Part shown: one piece after another, positions 28,215-41,800 of the stretch
Layout of the letters: the number at the start of each line of letters is the position of its first letter
Numbering within the stretch: position 1 is the first letter of the stretch
Source: Mizuhopecten yessoensis
Taxonomy: Eukaryota
Direction of reading: 5' to 3'
NCBI RefSeq assembly: GCF_002113885.1
Contig: NW_018479984.1
Span: forward strand, 76,388-140,387
Length of the DNA stretch: 64,000 nucleotides
Program-made: the position numbers and the translations under genes
Notes under the pieces: generated by a model
Told to the model about the DNA's origin: nothing
Database searches by the model: none
Seen by the model: the letters and a program-made list of their open reading frames with translations, nothing else

Positions 28215-28990
28215 ATCTGAAGTCGTTCTCGTGAAGTCATTCACCTGAAGTCGTTCTCATGAAATCATTCACATGGGTCGTTCTCATGAAATCGTTCACC
28301 TGAAGTCGTTCTCATGAAATCATTGACCTGAAGTCGTTCTCATGAAATCATTCTCATGGGTCGTTCTCATGAAATCGTTCACCTGAAGTCGTTCTCATGA
28401 AATCATTCTCATGGGTCGTTCTCATGAAATCGTTCACCTGAAGTCGTTCTTATGAAATCATTGACCTGAAGTCGTTCTCATGAAATCATTTACCTGAAGT
28501 CGTTCTCATGAAATCATTCACCTGAAGTCGTTCTCATGAAATCATTAACCTGAAGTCGTTCTCATGGAATCATTGACCCGAAGTCGTTCTCATGAAATCA
28601 TTAACCTGAAGTCGTTCTCATGGAATCATTGACCCGAAGTCGTTCTCATGAAATCATTAACCTGAAGTCGTTCTCATGAAATCATTGACCTGAAGTCGTT
28701 CTCATGAAATCATTCCCCTGAGGTCGTTCTCATGAAATCATTGACCTGAAGTCTTTCTCATGAAATCATTGACCTGAAGTCGTTCTCATGAAATCATTTA
28801 CCTGAAGTCGTTCTCATGAAATCATTTACCTGAAGTCGTTCTCATGAAATCATTAACCTGAAGTCGTTCTCATGAAATCATTGACCTGAAGGCGTTCTCA
28901 TGAAATCATTGACCTGAAGTCGTTCTCATGAGATCATTCACCCGAAGTTGTTCTCATGAAATCATTAACCTGAAGTCGTTTTCATGAAGT
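28215..28990 (+). repeat. 28-bp tandem array (dimer of 14-mers) with degenerate 14-bp flanks
   Basis: Unit cctgaagtcgttct+catgaaatcattga. Diverged 14-bp units at 27920-28010 and 29075-29435. Confidence 0.96.
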
Positions 28991-31900
28991 CAAGTCACAA
29001 AGTATGAAGTGTTGATGATGAACAGTATCAACTTGCCGACAGGTGACCCTTATCCGATGCTAAACGGAGTTGCATGTTTTCCTGAAGTTATTTGCTGAAG
29101 TCGTTATACCGAAGTCGTTCTTTTGAAGTTATTTGCTTGCAGTCGTTCTCCTCCCGAAGCCGTCTCCTGAAATAGTTCTTCTGAACCATAAGGATGTTCC
29201 TGGGAAGAACTTCTCATATGAAGCTTTTCCCCTTTAGTCGTTCTTCTGCAGTCGTTCTATAGGAGCCCTTCCCCTATACTTGTTCCATTGAACCCTGAAA
29301 TTATTCTTCATAAGTCATTCTCAAAAAGTAGCTTTCTGAAATTGTTCATATAAAATCGTTTTCCTTGAATTATTATCTCGAAGCCGTTCTCCTAAGTGGT
29401 TCTGTTGAAGTCATTCTTCCGGAGCCGTTCTCATGGAGGATCATCATTATGCAAAATGTCAATTTGCATTTTAAATTCGTTATGTAAACCTTTACTGATC
29501 GGATCTGATGTCTGTATTCAGTTTTAGAGGATGGTGTCTTGGCCCCATTCTACAGATCATTAAACCTTCCAAACATCCCAGAGAGAGGGCTAGGTACATC
29601 ACGTGATGTTGATTTGACTAATCACAGCCGCTCTTGTAGGGTCACATTAACGCTTACAGCGGACTCGGACTGAAACACGTGTTCAACGGCAAGAGAATAT
29701 CATCAAGACGGTCACGCGCTTGTGTCCCGACATCGTAGTGCCTTGTTTGAAATACATATGACATAGTGCCTGGGCTAGGATTTCTTCATCACGATGCTTG
29801 TGTGTCTTTATTGATGCTAAGGTCGAGGAAAGCCATGCCAATACATGTGTTAGCTACAATAATATCACTTATGAGTCATATCTCACTTGTATCATTAAAA
29901 CGAATGAATTAGGTCTAATGACCAAATGTGACCAGTATTGTTGAGTGCGCGTGTTTTTGTGTTTATTTTGTATTTCAGTTGCCATTTCTATTGATATTTT
30001 GCGTGGAGTCAGAGATGCTCTTAATAAAATAATAATAAAATAAATCAAATATTTAAAACTTATGAAATATGAATAGATATTGAAGGATAGAGATGGAAAC
30101 ATTGTCAGTTTTTTTCGCGTGGTCACCATCATCCATGTAATATCTAAACGAACATCTATTGAAGGCAATTCCGTTAATATACATAAGTATTAAGGAAAAT
30201 AATATTTACATAGCTTGGTTAGGAATGAAAAGAGAGATAGCGAGATATTTACACGATGCCTCGTAAGACTTGGAGAGTTAACAATCTGTTTACAATATAC
30301 TACACTTTCTCAATTTAACCGTGAACATATTTAAATTCATGTATGTCTTGTGACACGATAAATTATATTCCTTCTATAAGACGTCTTTCCTGATTGAAAA
30401 CGTTAAATTTTCATTCAAAATGCACGGAGTGGAAGCTACATCAATATAAACTCTGTGTTATATGACGACCAACACCAGGGGCTAAAAAACACATGAAATA
30501 CTTGATATATCACAGGTTTTGCAAATGTAATCTTTATAGTACCAAACCAAATTCAAATATACAAAAGATAAAGAATAACACCTCCATAAAATGGCACCTC
30601 ATTTACTGCTAACTTCTAGGTAGTCATTTTCCTCCTTTTGGAAGGTGCAATCATAATAACTGCCATTGTAAGAGTAATCCTCAAAACTATCACCATATTC
30701 CGTCATCACGTTGATCTTCACTCGAGAAATATGAACGGTAGAGCCTTACAAAGGGAGATAAGTCTCGCTAGATACCAACAACCAATACTTGTTTTTTACT
30801 CTAAAGTTGCATGGATAATTAGTTTGACTCGAGTAATCTTTTCATTTTCACAAATGAAACTTCTACCAGTGTTGGGAATATAATGTTTTGACAGAGTTTA
30901 CAAAAGTGTGAAAAGGCTTCGTCTATATCGTAAAGAATGGTTCCGGACGATTTCGTTTTTAAGAAATGATTATATTTATTAATCAAGATTTTCTTATAAC
31001 GGTTAAATATGAAAGTAGGCAAAGTTATTGAGGATTTATCCGTTATAAGCTGAACCAGGTAAATGCAATTTCTATGCGTGTATACAACCTTCTCCAAATA
31101 TATGAGGACCTAGGATTGACCTGAAGCATGAAGTGTGACAGTTTTTAGACTTAATTTTCTTAATTTTCAATAGTGTTATATATAAAAAAAAAAAACAATT
31201 TTCTTTGATAACACAGAAAATCCATTACAATATTGTATCTTTCAAAATCCTGAAGAAGACCATCTTGAGTTATACGAACAATTAATAGAACACTTTGTAC
31301 AACGTGAGCTATTCTGATATCTTGCATATAGTTGTAACGTTGATACATATCTTGATAAATAAACACACATGACTGCTAACACAGGGTGTTTAAATGATGT
31401 TTTTTACAGACACCACCGACAACGCCGCGTGGAATACCATTCTCATTCCTTTTGTAGGATAGGCTGCAATTAAGATTTGACAATGTCACATACATTGATT
31501 GTCAGTTACAAAATGAGATAGTCAGTCCTGTATTTGTTCTCGCTATTTGACCGTTTGAACTGACCACCCTGCCTAGACCACATATCAGCAATAATCGGAG
31601 GAACATTATCACGAGATCCTTATCCATAGGTATTGTGAATGTCTACATACATTTCAATTACAGATATGATATCATACATGTTTACGATGACATAAGCGAC
31701 CCCAATCATGTTATCAAGATCTTCAGCGACATTCCAGTGCTATCTGATAGGGCCTGTCTATTAAACACATTCTTTATATAATAATTTCGAGGGATATTTT
31801 ATTACCCTTATTTCCGGTCTACACGATCAGGTACATCACTATTGACATGTAGGTAATAAGGAACGCTGTGTCCTGTTTCTATGACGACAGTTTTACCTAA

Positions 31901-32171
31901 CCGGGGTTACGAGATGACAGTCATATCGTTAAAACTCGGCTTTTACCTACACGCGACACGGACATCCTATCAAAATACTTCGTCGCCGTTAAAAAGAATA
32001 TTGACGACTTCCCTAATATATCTCCTCAACTTTCCTTCATTCAATTATAATCAAACTCCTACATAATATAATTTTAAATGCCCTTTTCCAAGGTCCGATA
32101 CGTGCTTTGTTAAGAAATATGACCGCTCCGACACATTGAATATTGTTCGCCTTATTAGGAAAAATGTCCGT

Positions 32172-33118
32172 TTGAAGCTACGTTATAATGGGGCCCGTTA
32201 TAATGAAGCTACATTATAATGGGTCCCGTTATAGTGAAGCTACGTTATAATGGGGCCCCTTATATTTACGCTACGTTATAGTGAGGCTACGTTATAATGG
32301 GCCCCATTATAATGTAGCTTCATTATAATGGGGCCCGTTATAGTGAAGCTACGTTATAATGGGGCCCGTTATAGTTACGCTACGTTATAGTGAAGCTACG
32401 TTATAATGGGGCCCGTTATAATGAAGCTACGTTATAATGGGGCCGTTATAGTGACGCTACGTTATAATGGGGCCCGTTATAATGAAGCTACGTTATAATG
32501 GGGCCCGTTATAATGAAGCTACGTTATAATGGGGTCCGTTATAGTGAAGCTATGTTATAATAGGGCCCGTTATAGTGAAGCTACGTTATAATGGGCCCCA
32601 TTATAATGAAGCTACGTTATAATGGGTCCCGTTATAATGCAGCTACGTTATAATGGGGCCGTTATAATGAAGCTACGTTATAATAGGGCCGTTATAATGA
32701 AGCTACGATATAATGGGGCCCGTTATATTGAAGCTACGTTATAATGGTGCCGTTATAGTGAAGCTACGTTATAATGGGTCCCGTTATAGTGAAGCTACGA
32801 TATAATTGGGCCCGTTAAAATGAAGCTACGTTATAATGAGTCCCGTTATAAGGAAGCTACGTTATAATGGGTCCCGTTATAATGAAGCTACGTTATAATG
32901 GGTCCCGTTATAGTGAAGCTACGTTATAATGGGGCCGTTATAATGAAGCTACGTTATAATGGGGCCCGTTAAAATGAAGCTACGTTATAATGGATCCCGT
33001 TATAATGAAGCTACGTTATAATGGGTTTCGTTATAGTGAAGCTACGTTATAATGGGTCCGTTATGGTGAAGCCACGTTATAATGGGGCCCGTTATAGTGA
33101 AGCTACGTTATAATGGGT
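32172..33118 (+). repeat. 31-bp quasi-palindromic tandem array, about 30 copies
   Basis: Unit gaagctacgttataatggggcccgttataat. Confidence 0.97.
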
Positions 33119-33284
33119 TGTGTAGCGCTGAATGGTCATTCTTTGATACAATCAGAGATTTACTAAGAAAGTTACAGAATATCATCCTAGTTTACTGTTT
33201 TCAGACTCGATAATTACCTACAATGTTGCTATATTTAATGTTTAAATGTTGATACTAATGTCAAAAGTTTTACCAAAACATACA

Positions 33285-35460
33285 TGTTACAATAGTTTAC
33301 AAAGTCTACATTGTATCAATGTAACAACAGTTTATCAAACCTATAAATGTAACAACAGTTCATGTAACCTATTAATGTAACTACAGTTTACCAAACCTAT
33401 GAATGTAACAACAGTTTACCAAACCTATAAATGTAACAGCAGTTTACCAAGCCTATAAATGTAACAACAGTTTACCAAATCTATAAATGTAACTACAGTT
33501 TACCAAATGTATAAATGTAACAACAGTTTATCAAACCTATAAATGTAACAACAGTTTATCAAACCTATAAATGTAACTACAGTTTACCAAACCTATGAAT
33601 GTAACAACAGTTTACCAAATCTATAAATGTACCAACAGTTTGCCAAACCTATAAATGTAACAACAGTTTACCAAACCTATAAATGTAACAATACTTTACC
33701 AAGCCTATAAATGTAAAACATTTTACCAAGCCTATAAATATAACAACAGTTTACAAAGCCTCTAAATGTAACAACAGTTTACCAAACCAAGTAATGTAAC
33801 AACAGTTTACTAAACCTAGTAATGTAACAACAGTTTACCAAACCTATAAATGTAACAACAGTTTACCTATAAATGTAACAACAGTTTACCAAACCTATTA
33901 ATGTAACAACAGTTTACCAAGCCTATAAATATAACAACAGTTTACCAAGCCTATAAATGTAACAACAGTTTACCAAGCCTATTAATGTAACTACAGTTTA
34001 CCAAGCCTATAAATGTAACTACAGTTTACCAAACCTATAAATGTAACTACAGTTTACCAAACCTAGTAATGTAACAACAGTTTACGAAACCTATAAATGT
34101 AACAACAGTTTACCAAACCTATTAATGTAACAACAGTTTACCAAGCCTATAAATGTAACTACAGTTTACCAAGCCTATAAATGTAACAACAGTTTACCAA
34201 GCCTATTAATGTAACTACAGTTTACCAAGCCTATAAATGTAACTACATTTTACCAAGCCTATAAATGTAACTACAGTTTACCAAACCTAGTAATGTAACA
34301 ACGGTTTACGAAACCTATAAATGTAACAATAGTTTACCAAACCTATAAATGTAACAACAGTTTACCAAACGTATTAATGTAACAATAGTTTACCAAGCTT
34401 ATAAATGTAACAATAGTTTACCAAGCCTATTAATGTAACTACAGTTTACCAAGCCTATAAATGTAACTACATTTTACCAAGCCTATAAATGTAACTACAG
34501 TTTACCAAACCTAGTAATGTAACAACGGTTTACGAAACCTATAAATGTAACAATAGTTTACCAAACCTATAAATGTAACAACAGTTTACCAAACGTATTA
34601 ATGTAACAACAGTTTACCAAACCTATAAATGTAACAAAAGTTTACCAAACCTATAAATGTAACTACAGTTTACCAAACCTATAAATGTAACAACAGTTTA
34701 CCAAACCTATAAATATAACAACAGTTTACCAAGCCTATAAATGTAACTACAGTTTACCAAACCTAGTAATGTAACAACAGTTTACCAAACCTATAAATGT
34801 AACAACAGTTTACTAATCCTAGTAATGTAACAACTGTTTACCAAACCTATAAATGTAAATACAGTTTCCCAAACCTATAAATGTAACTACAGTTTCCCAA
34901 GCCTATAAATATAAAAACAGTTTACCAAACCTATAAATATAACAACAGTTTACCAAGCCTATTAATGTAACTACAGTTTACCAAACCTATAAATGTAACA
35001 ACAGTTTACCAAGCTTATAAATGTAACAACAGTTTACCAAGCCTATTAATGTAGCTACAGTTTACCAAGCCTATTAATGTAACTACAGTTTACCAAACCT
35101 ATAAATGTAACAACAGTTTACCAAACCTAGTATTGTAACAACAGTTTACCAAACCTATAAATGTAAAAACAGTTTACCAAACCTATAAATGAAACAACAG
35201 TTTACCAAACGTATTAATGTAACAACAGTTTACCAAACCTAGTATTGTAACAACAGTTTACCAAACCTATAAATGTAAAAACAGTTTACCAAACCTATAA
35301 ATGTAAAAACAGTTTACCAAACCTATAAATATAACAATAGTTTACCAAGCCTATAAATGTAAAAACAGTTTACCAAGCCTATAAATGTAAATACAGTTAA
35401 CCAAACCTATAAACGTAACTACAGTTTACCAAACCTATACATGTAGTAGTGTTTACCCAA
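33285..35460 (+). repeat. 28-bp tandem array, about 77 copies
   Basis: Unit aatgtaacaacagtttaccaaacctata; degenerate tail extends to about 35720. Confidence 0.98.
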
Positions 35461-38400
35461 CCTAATAATTAGATAATGAAGTATACCAAACCTAATAATT
35501 TACCAATACTTTACCAAAATATAAATATGCAAATATTTTACCTAGATATTTAATGACCATTACTTACCAAACTTTTAAGTATATAATTAGCTTGCCCAAC
35601 TTTTATATTATACCAACAGTTTAAAAACATAATAATGTACCAATAGTTTACCAAACATATCAATATACAAACACTTTCCCATACCAACAGTTTATATTTA
35701 TATAACAATAGTTTTCCAAACTGGGAAGGTTTCCTCCTATAACTGGGAAGTGTATTGCTTTGTTGAAGTGGGTTTTGTATGGCCTTGGAATTGTCGACAG
35801 TTCAGGCCCTTCTTATGAATTGCAATGGACAAAGAAAATTAACTTGACTATTTAAGGCATGCAGTATTTCACAAACTGACATTCCACATCAATCTTTGTG
35901 TGCCTTCATTACGTAGAAATGATGTATTGGTGTAAAATTGCGTATATTCAAAACAAACAAAAAGTTTGAAAAATTAGAAAAATCGATAGGTTATGCACTT
36001 AATAATAATTGTCGAATTATTCTAGTTCAATGGATAATTTATACTCACGCGTGCATCTCAATTTTGAACTATGAATTGCATTCTTCGAAACATATTTGTC
36101 ATATTGAGTTACACAGTACTCATTTACATATCAGTATCATATTTGTGTTGAGATGTTTTACCCACAGGGTGTGAAAAGGTTTATGCAATTATAAAGAGAA
36201 AAAAAGGCAGAGATTTTTCAAAATGTAAATAGTTATTGCGACAGCGAGAGTGTAGGTAAATCGACCTACACACGAAGGGCCGCGCCGGAAGTACTGGAGT
36301 GTCGGGTATTCAGAGCAGCAAGCCAATACAACCTATATATTCACTTTTGAAATAGTACACAGAATGCAAATATATTTCGATTGAATGGGTGATAAGAAAC
36401 AAATAAATTATAATCAAACACTGACAGTAATGAAGACAGAACAATCTTGTGTTATACATATCTCTATCATAGTAATGAGATACGAAAATGCTAATTGTGA
36501 CGTAGCGGTTTTATATGTCGTCCAAGTTGGGTGACATTAGTAAGATAGATGTATTCTGTTACCATGACGAACAGATAAACACTGCTTGATGCAGTTCCGA
36601 TCCACTTCCGGTCCCGTACTGGACTCACCAATAAACCGCATACACACCACCCGGGCTAGCACGGGTGCATCACTAAATCACATCGCTAAACCACAGCGAT
36701 TATATGATGGACATTTAAGGGGGAAATTACAGGCCCGGAAAGTTGTGTTTATTACCGGAAACGGAGGATGGTTTTACATATATCCATCAATGTTCTGATC
36801 ATCTGTTTTTCAATCAAACATGTGTCATAAAAAGCTTCGATGACTTCCAGAAGGCATATACCAATATTGTCTTTATTTCATTTCCTATTAAATTATAAAC
36901 CACTACATTTGACATTATCAATCGATACTTTCGCTTACAGCTAGCCCGTGATAAACAATATCTTAAATCTTTATAAAGACCTGTTCAAAGATCCAAAAAA
37001 TACAAGTTCTCATCGACAATTGGAATCTCATTGCGACAATAGAAAATAGTGGGGTTCAAATAATTTAAAACGTTGTAGACTTCAGTCAACTCCAATCCCA
37101 TTATTTCGATGTAACACTCCCACGAAAATACATATATATAATATTATAACATAACAGCAGTAAATTCATCATTACGGACGAAGAAATTATATAAAAAGAA
37201 AAAACTCAACAACATGTCATTAGCACTTTCTTCTCATCAAGATAATTGTCTGAAGAATCTCCTTGCTGAGATGAAAGTGCTTATGAAATGTTGCTGAGGT
37301 TGTATTTTTCCATTATATATATATATATTAGATTGGAAACTGTATGACGTCGACGAGAAAACAAAAATAATGGTAATATCACCATGTTTTTTGTTATCGG
37401 CATGAACTTGGTCACCATCGTGTCTATTATGAACAAGGTATGACGCAGCCCTGGGGTGTGCATCTCTGTTTGTTTGATTGGTTCCGACCTCGATCAACAA
37501 ATGTTGTTTTATTACGGTATCAGCGGTTGTGTTATTGACATATCTGTTCCATGGTCACAATTTGAACTCATTTAAAACTCTTGTTAACTGTGATCTATCC
37601 TAAGTCTGATACACCCGGACCTCAGGTAGGACATTACTGGTATTTTATAACTGAATCGAGGTTAATGTATCAGATAAAAACAGTTCATTACATTAAAACC
37701 AGCCAATTCGGAGAACACCCAGTTCTTTAATGATCCAGCTATTCAATAAGATAGTATATCAAATGTCGCCCGGGCTTTCCTATTCATAACCTTGTGAATT
37801 CTTGTTTCTTTCATACCCTTATAGTAACGTATACCCAACAATGAAATGTAAAGATAAGAAAAAATATAGATCTTGTTTAAACAAACAAGCGACTATGATA
37901 GAAGGTATTGACGCAATACTTACAGAACCACAGCGATATGGGCCGACCAGAGGTACTTGGTACGATGAAAACAACGCATTAGGTTCACTTTGGTTCGTCG
38001 TCAAATCCTACAAACTATTTTACACACAACTATCACTTCCCATTTTTTTCTTTTATAAGAATGAAACACTAAAACTTATCATTAAATACATTCACATCTT
38101 GAAATGTTTATCCTCGCCTTCCAACTGAGCTTTTTGTCCGAGGCCATGTGGCAGTCCTTTCTACATTAACGCGGCCTATCAGAGGGGGTACGTTCCCTTT
38201 CCGATATCCTCCGGCTTCAGATCTTGTTGCAATTTAGTCTAACGTATTGATATATAACAACCGCCTCGTGTACACATTGTCCGTTTTATCGGCTCCCGTC
38301 CGCTGTGTCTGTATATAACAAATAGATGTAATTGCTTAATACTTGAGCATGTGTTAGGGTCCTGGCTGGGCGAGTGACGCTCAACGAACACTTTTTGTGG

Positions 38401-38824
38401 ATCGTGAAAATCCTATAAAAGGGGAGGTCACTCTACAAGACATACAGAAGTAATATCAATGGATTGATTTAATTAGGTTTTGTTTATAAAAGGAATGAAT
38501 TACCATAAAAGTAATTTCAGTCCGGCCGACCCTGTAGACGTGTCCTGTGTTGATTCATTCTCCTTATGTGTTTACGTACAATACTGTTTTACGGATTACA
38601 TTCAGCTTTAATCAGAAAATGGAAAAAAGGCCATAATGCAAAATGTCAAGTGTTCAAATAGGTTAGTTCTATCTTATTCATTTTTACACATTGAACGTTA
38701 CACGCTGTCTGTATTATGAGTCACGGGCTGGTATAGGAACATACTGGAAAACGTGTGACAGCCTGGCAGAGTACCCACTGCTGCAGTCTCACAGAAGGGA
38801 ACCATTGCACAGCTCTGCACACAA

Positions 38825-41800
38825 ATAACCGGTGTTACAATCAACCATATACCCCTGTGTTACACAGTTAACCAACTGTATAACCCGTGTTACAAAGTTT
38901 ACCCATCATATACCCGGTGGTAAATAGTCTACACACCATATACCCGGTGGTAAATACACACCATATACCCGGTGGTATATAGTCTACACACCATATACCC
39001 GGTGGTATATAGTCTACACATCATATACCCGGTGGTATATAGTCTACACACCATATACGCGGTGGTATATAGTCTACACACCATATCACCCGGTGTTACA
39101 TAGTGTTCTCACGAAATACTCGGTGTTACACAGTCTACCCACCATATACCCCGTGTTACAGTCTACCAATAATATACCTGGTGTCATATAGTTTTACAGA
39201 CCATGTACCCAGTGTTACATAGTCTACTCACGAAATACCCGGTGTTACACAGTCTAACCACCATATACCCCGTGTTACAGTCTACACATCATATAACCCG
39301 TGTTATATAGTCTACACACCATATACCCGGTGTTATATAGTCTACACACCATATACCCCGTGTTACACAGTCCACCACAATATACCCTGTGTTACAGTCT
39401 ACCAATAATATACCTGGTGTTATATAGTTTTACACACCATGTACCCAGTGCTACATAGTCTACTCACGAAATACCCGGTGTTACACAGTCTACCCGACAT
39501 GTACTCCGTGTTACAGTCTACACATCATATAACCCGTGTTATATAGTCTACACACCATATTACCCGTGTTACATAGTCTACCGATATTATACCCGGTGTT
39601 ATAAAGTTTACGCACCATATACCCGTTGTTACATAGTCTACACACCATATACCCCGTGTCACACAGTCTACCAATAATATACCCGGTGTCATATAGTTTT
39701 ACACACCATATACCCAGTGTTTCATACATGTACTCACGAAATACCCGGTGTTACACAGTCCACCACCATATTCCCGGTGTTGTATAGTCTACACACCATA
39801 TACCCGGTGTTATATCGTCTACACACCATATACCCGGTGTTACACAGTATATCAACCATATACCAAGTGGTATATAGTCTACACACCATATTCTTAGTGT
39901 TATATAGTCTAAAACACCATATACCCGGTGTTATATAGTCTACACACCATATACCCCGTGTTACACAGTCCACCACTATATACCCCGTTTTACGCAGTCC
40001 ACCACCATATACCCCGTGTTACACAGTCCTCCACCATATACCCGGTGTAACACAGTCTTCCCGCCATTCACCTCTTGTTTTATAGACTGCACACCATATA
40101 CCCCTTGGTACACAGTCTACACACCATATACCCGGTGTTACACAGTCCACCACCATATACCCCTTGTTACACAGTCCACCACCATATACCCCGTGTTACA
40201 CAGTCCTCGTCCATATACCCCTTGTTACACAGTCCACCACCATATACCCCGTGTTACACAGTCCTCCACCATATACCCCGTGTAACACAGTCTACCTGCC
40301 ATACATCTCTTGTTTTATAGTCTACACACCATATACCCCTTGTTACACAGTCTACCCACCATATACCCCGTGTTATATAGTTTACACACCATATTACCCG
40401 TGTTACACAATCCACCACTTTATTCCCGGTGTTACATAGTCTACAAACCATATACCCGGTTTATACAGTCTAACCACAATATACCCAGAGGTACACAGTA
40501 TATCAACCATATACCAAGAGGTATATAGTCTACACACAATATACCCGGTGTTATATAGTCTACACACCATATTCCCCGTGTAACACAGTCTACCTGCCAT
40601 ACACCTCTTGTTTTATAGTCTACATACCAAATATCAAATGTTACACAGTCTACCCACCATATACCCCGTGTTATATAGTCTTCACACCATATAACCCGTG
40701 TTACACAATCGACCACTATATTCACGGTGTTACAGAGTCTGCAAACCATATACCCGGTTTACACAGTCTAACCATAATACACCATATACCCCGCGTTACA
40801 CAATCCACCACCATATACACGGTGTTATATAGTCAACACACCATATACCCAGTGTTATATAGTCTACGTACCAAATACCCAGTGTTATATAGTCTAAACA
40901 CCATATACCCGGTATTACACAGGCTACACACCATATACTCAGGGTTATATAATCTATAACCCGTGTTATAGTCTTCTCACCAAATAACCCGTGTTATAGT
41001 CTTCTCACCAAATAACCCGTGTTATATAGTCTACACTCCCTATACCCGGTGTTATATCTCGGTGTTATATAGTATTATAACCCGTGTTACAAAGTCTACC
41101 CATCATATACCCGGTGGTATATAGTCTACAAACCATATACTCAGTGTTATATGGTCTACACACCATATACACGGTGTTATATAGTCGCCATACACCTCTT
41201 GCCATTCACCTCTTGTTTTATAGACTGCACACCATATACCCGATGTTATATAGTCTACCCACCATCTCCCCCTTGCTCAGCCGTCCACCATATACCCGGT
41301 TTATACAGTCTAACCACAATATACCCAGTGTTATATAGACTACACACCATATACGCAGTGTTATATAATCTACGCACCATATTCCCCGTGTTATATAGTT
41401 TACACCCCATATACCCGGTGTGATATAGTTTACACACCATATACCAAATGTTATATAGTGCTATATAGTATATCAACAGTCTACACATCATAAAACCCGT
41501 GTTACACAGTCTACGCACCATATACCCCGTATTACACAGTCTACACACCATATGTGTTACACAGTCCACCACAATATACCCGGTGTTACATAGTCTACAA
41601 ACCATATACTCAGTGCTATATAATCTACACACGATAGACCCCGTGTTACACAGCCCACCACCATATCCCAGGTGTTGTATAGTCTCCACACCATATACCC
41701 GTCGTTGCACAGTCCACAACCATATATCCCGTGTAACACAGTCCATATAGTCTACACACACCATATTACCCGTGTTACACAACCGACCACTATATTCACG

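Noticed and set aside
38411-38425. Canonical TATA box (cctataaaagggg)
   Set aside because: No downstream exon or ORF; it leads into the satellite, and such a match is expected by chance in 64 kb of AT-rich DNA.
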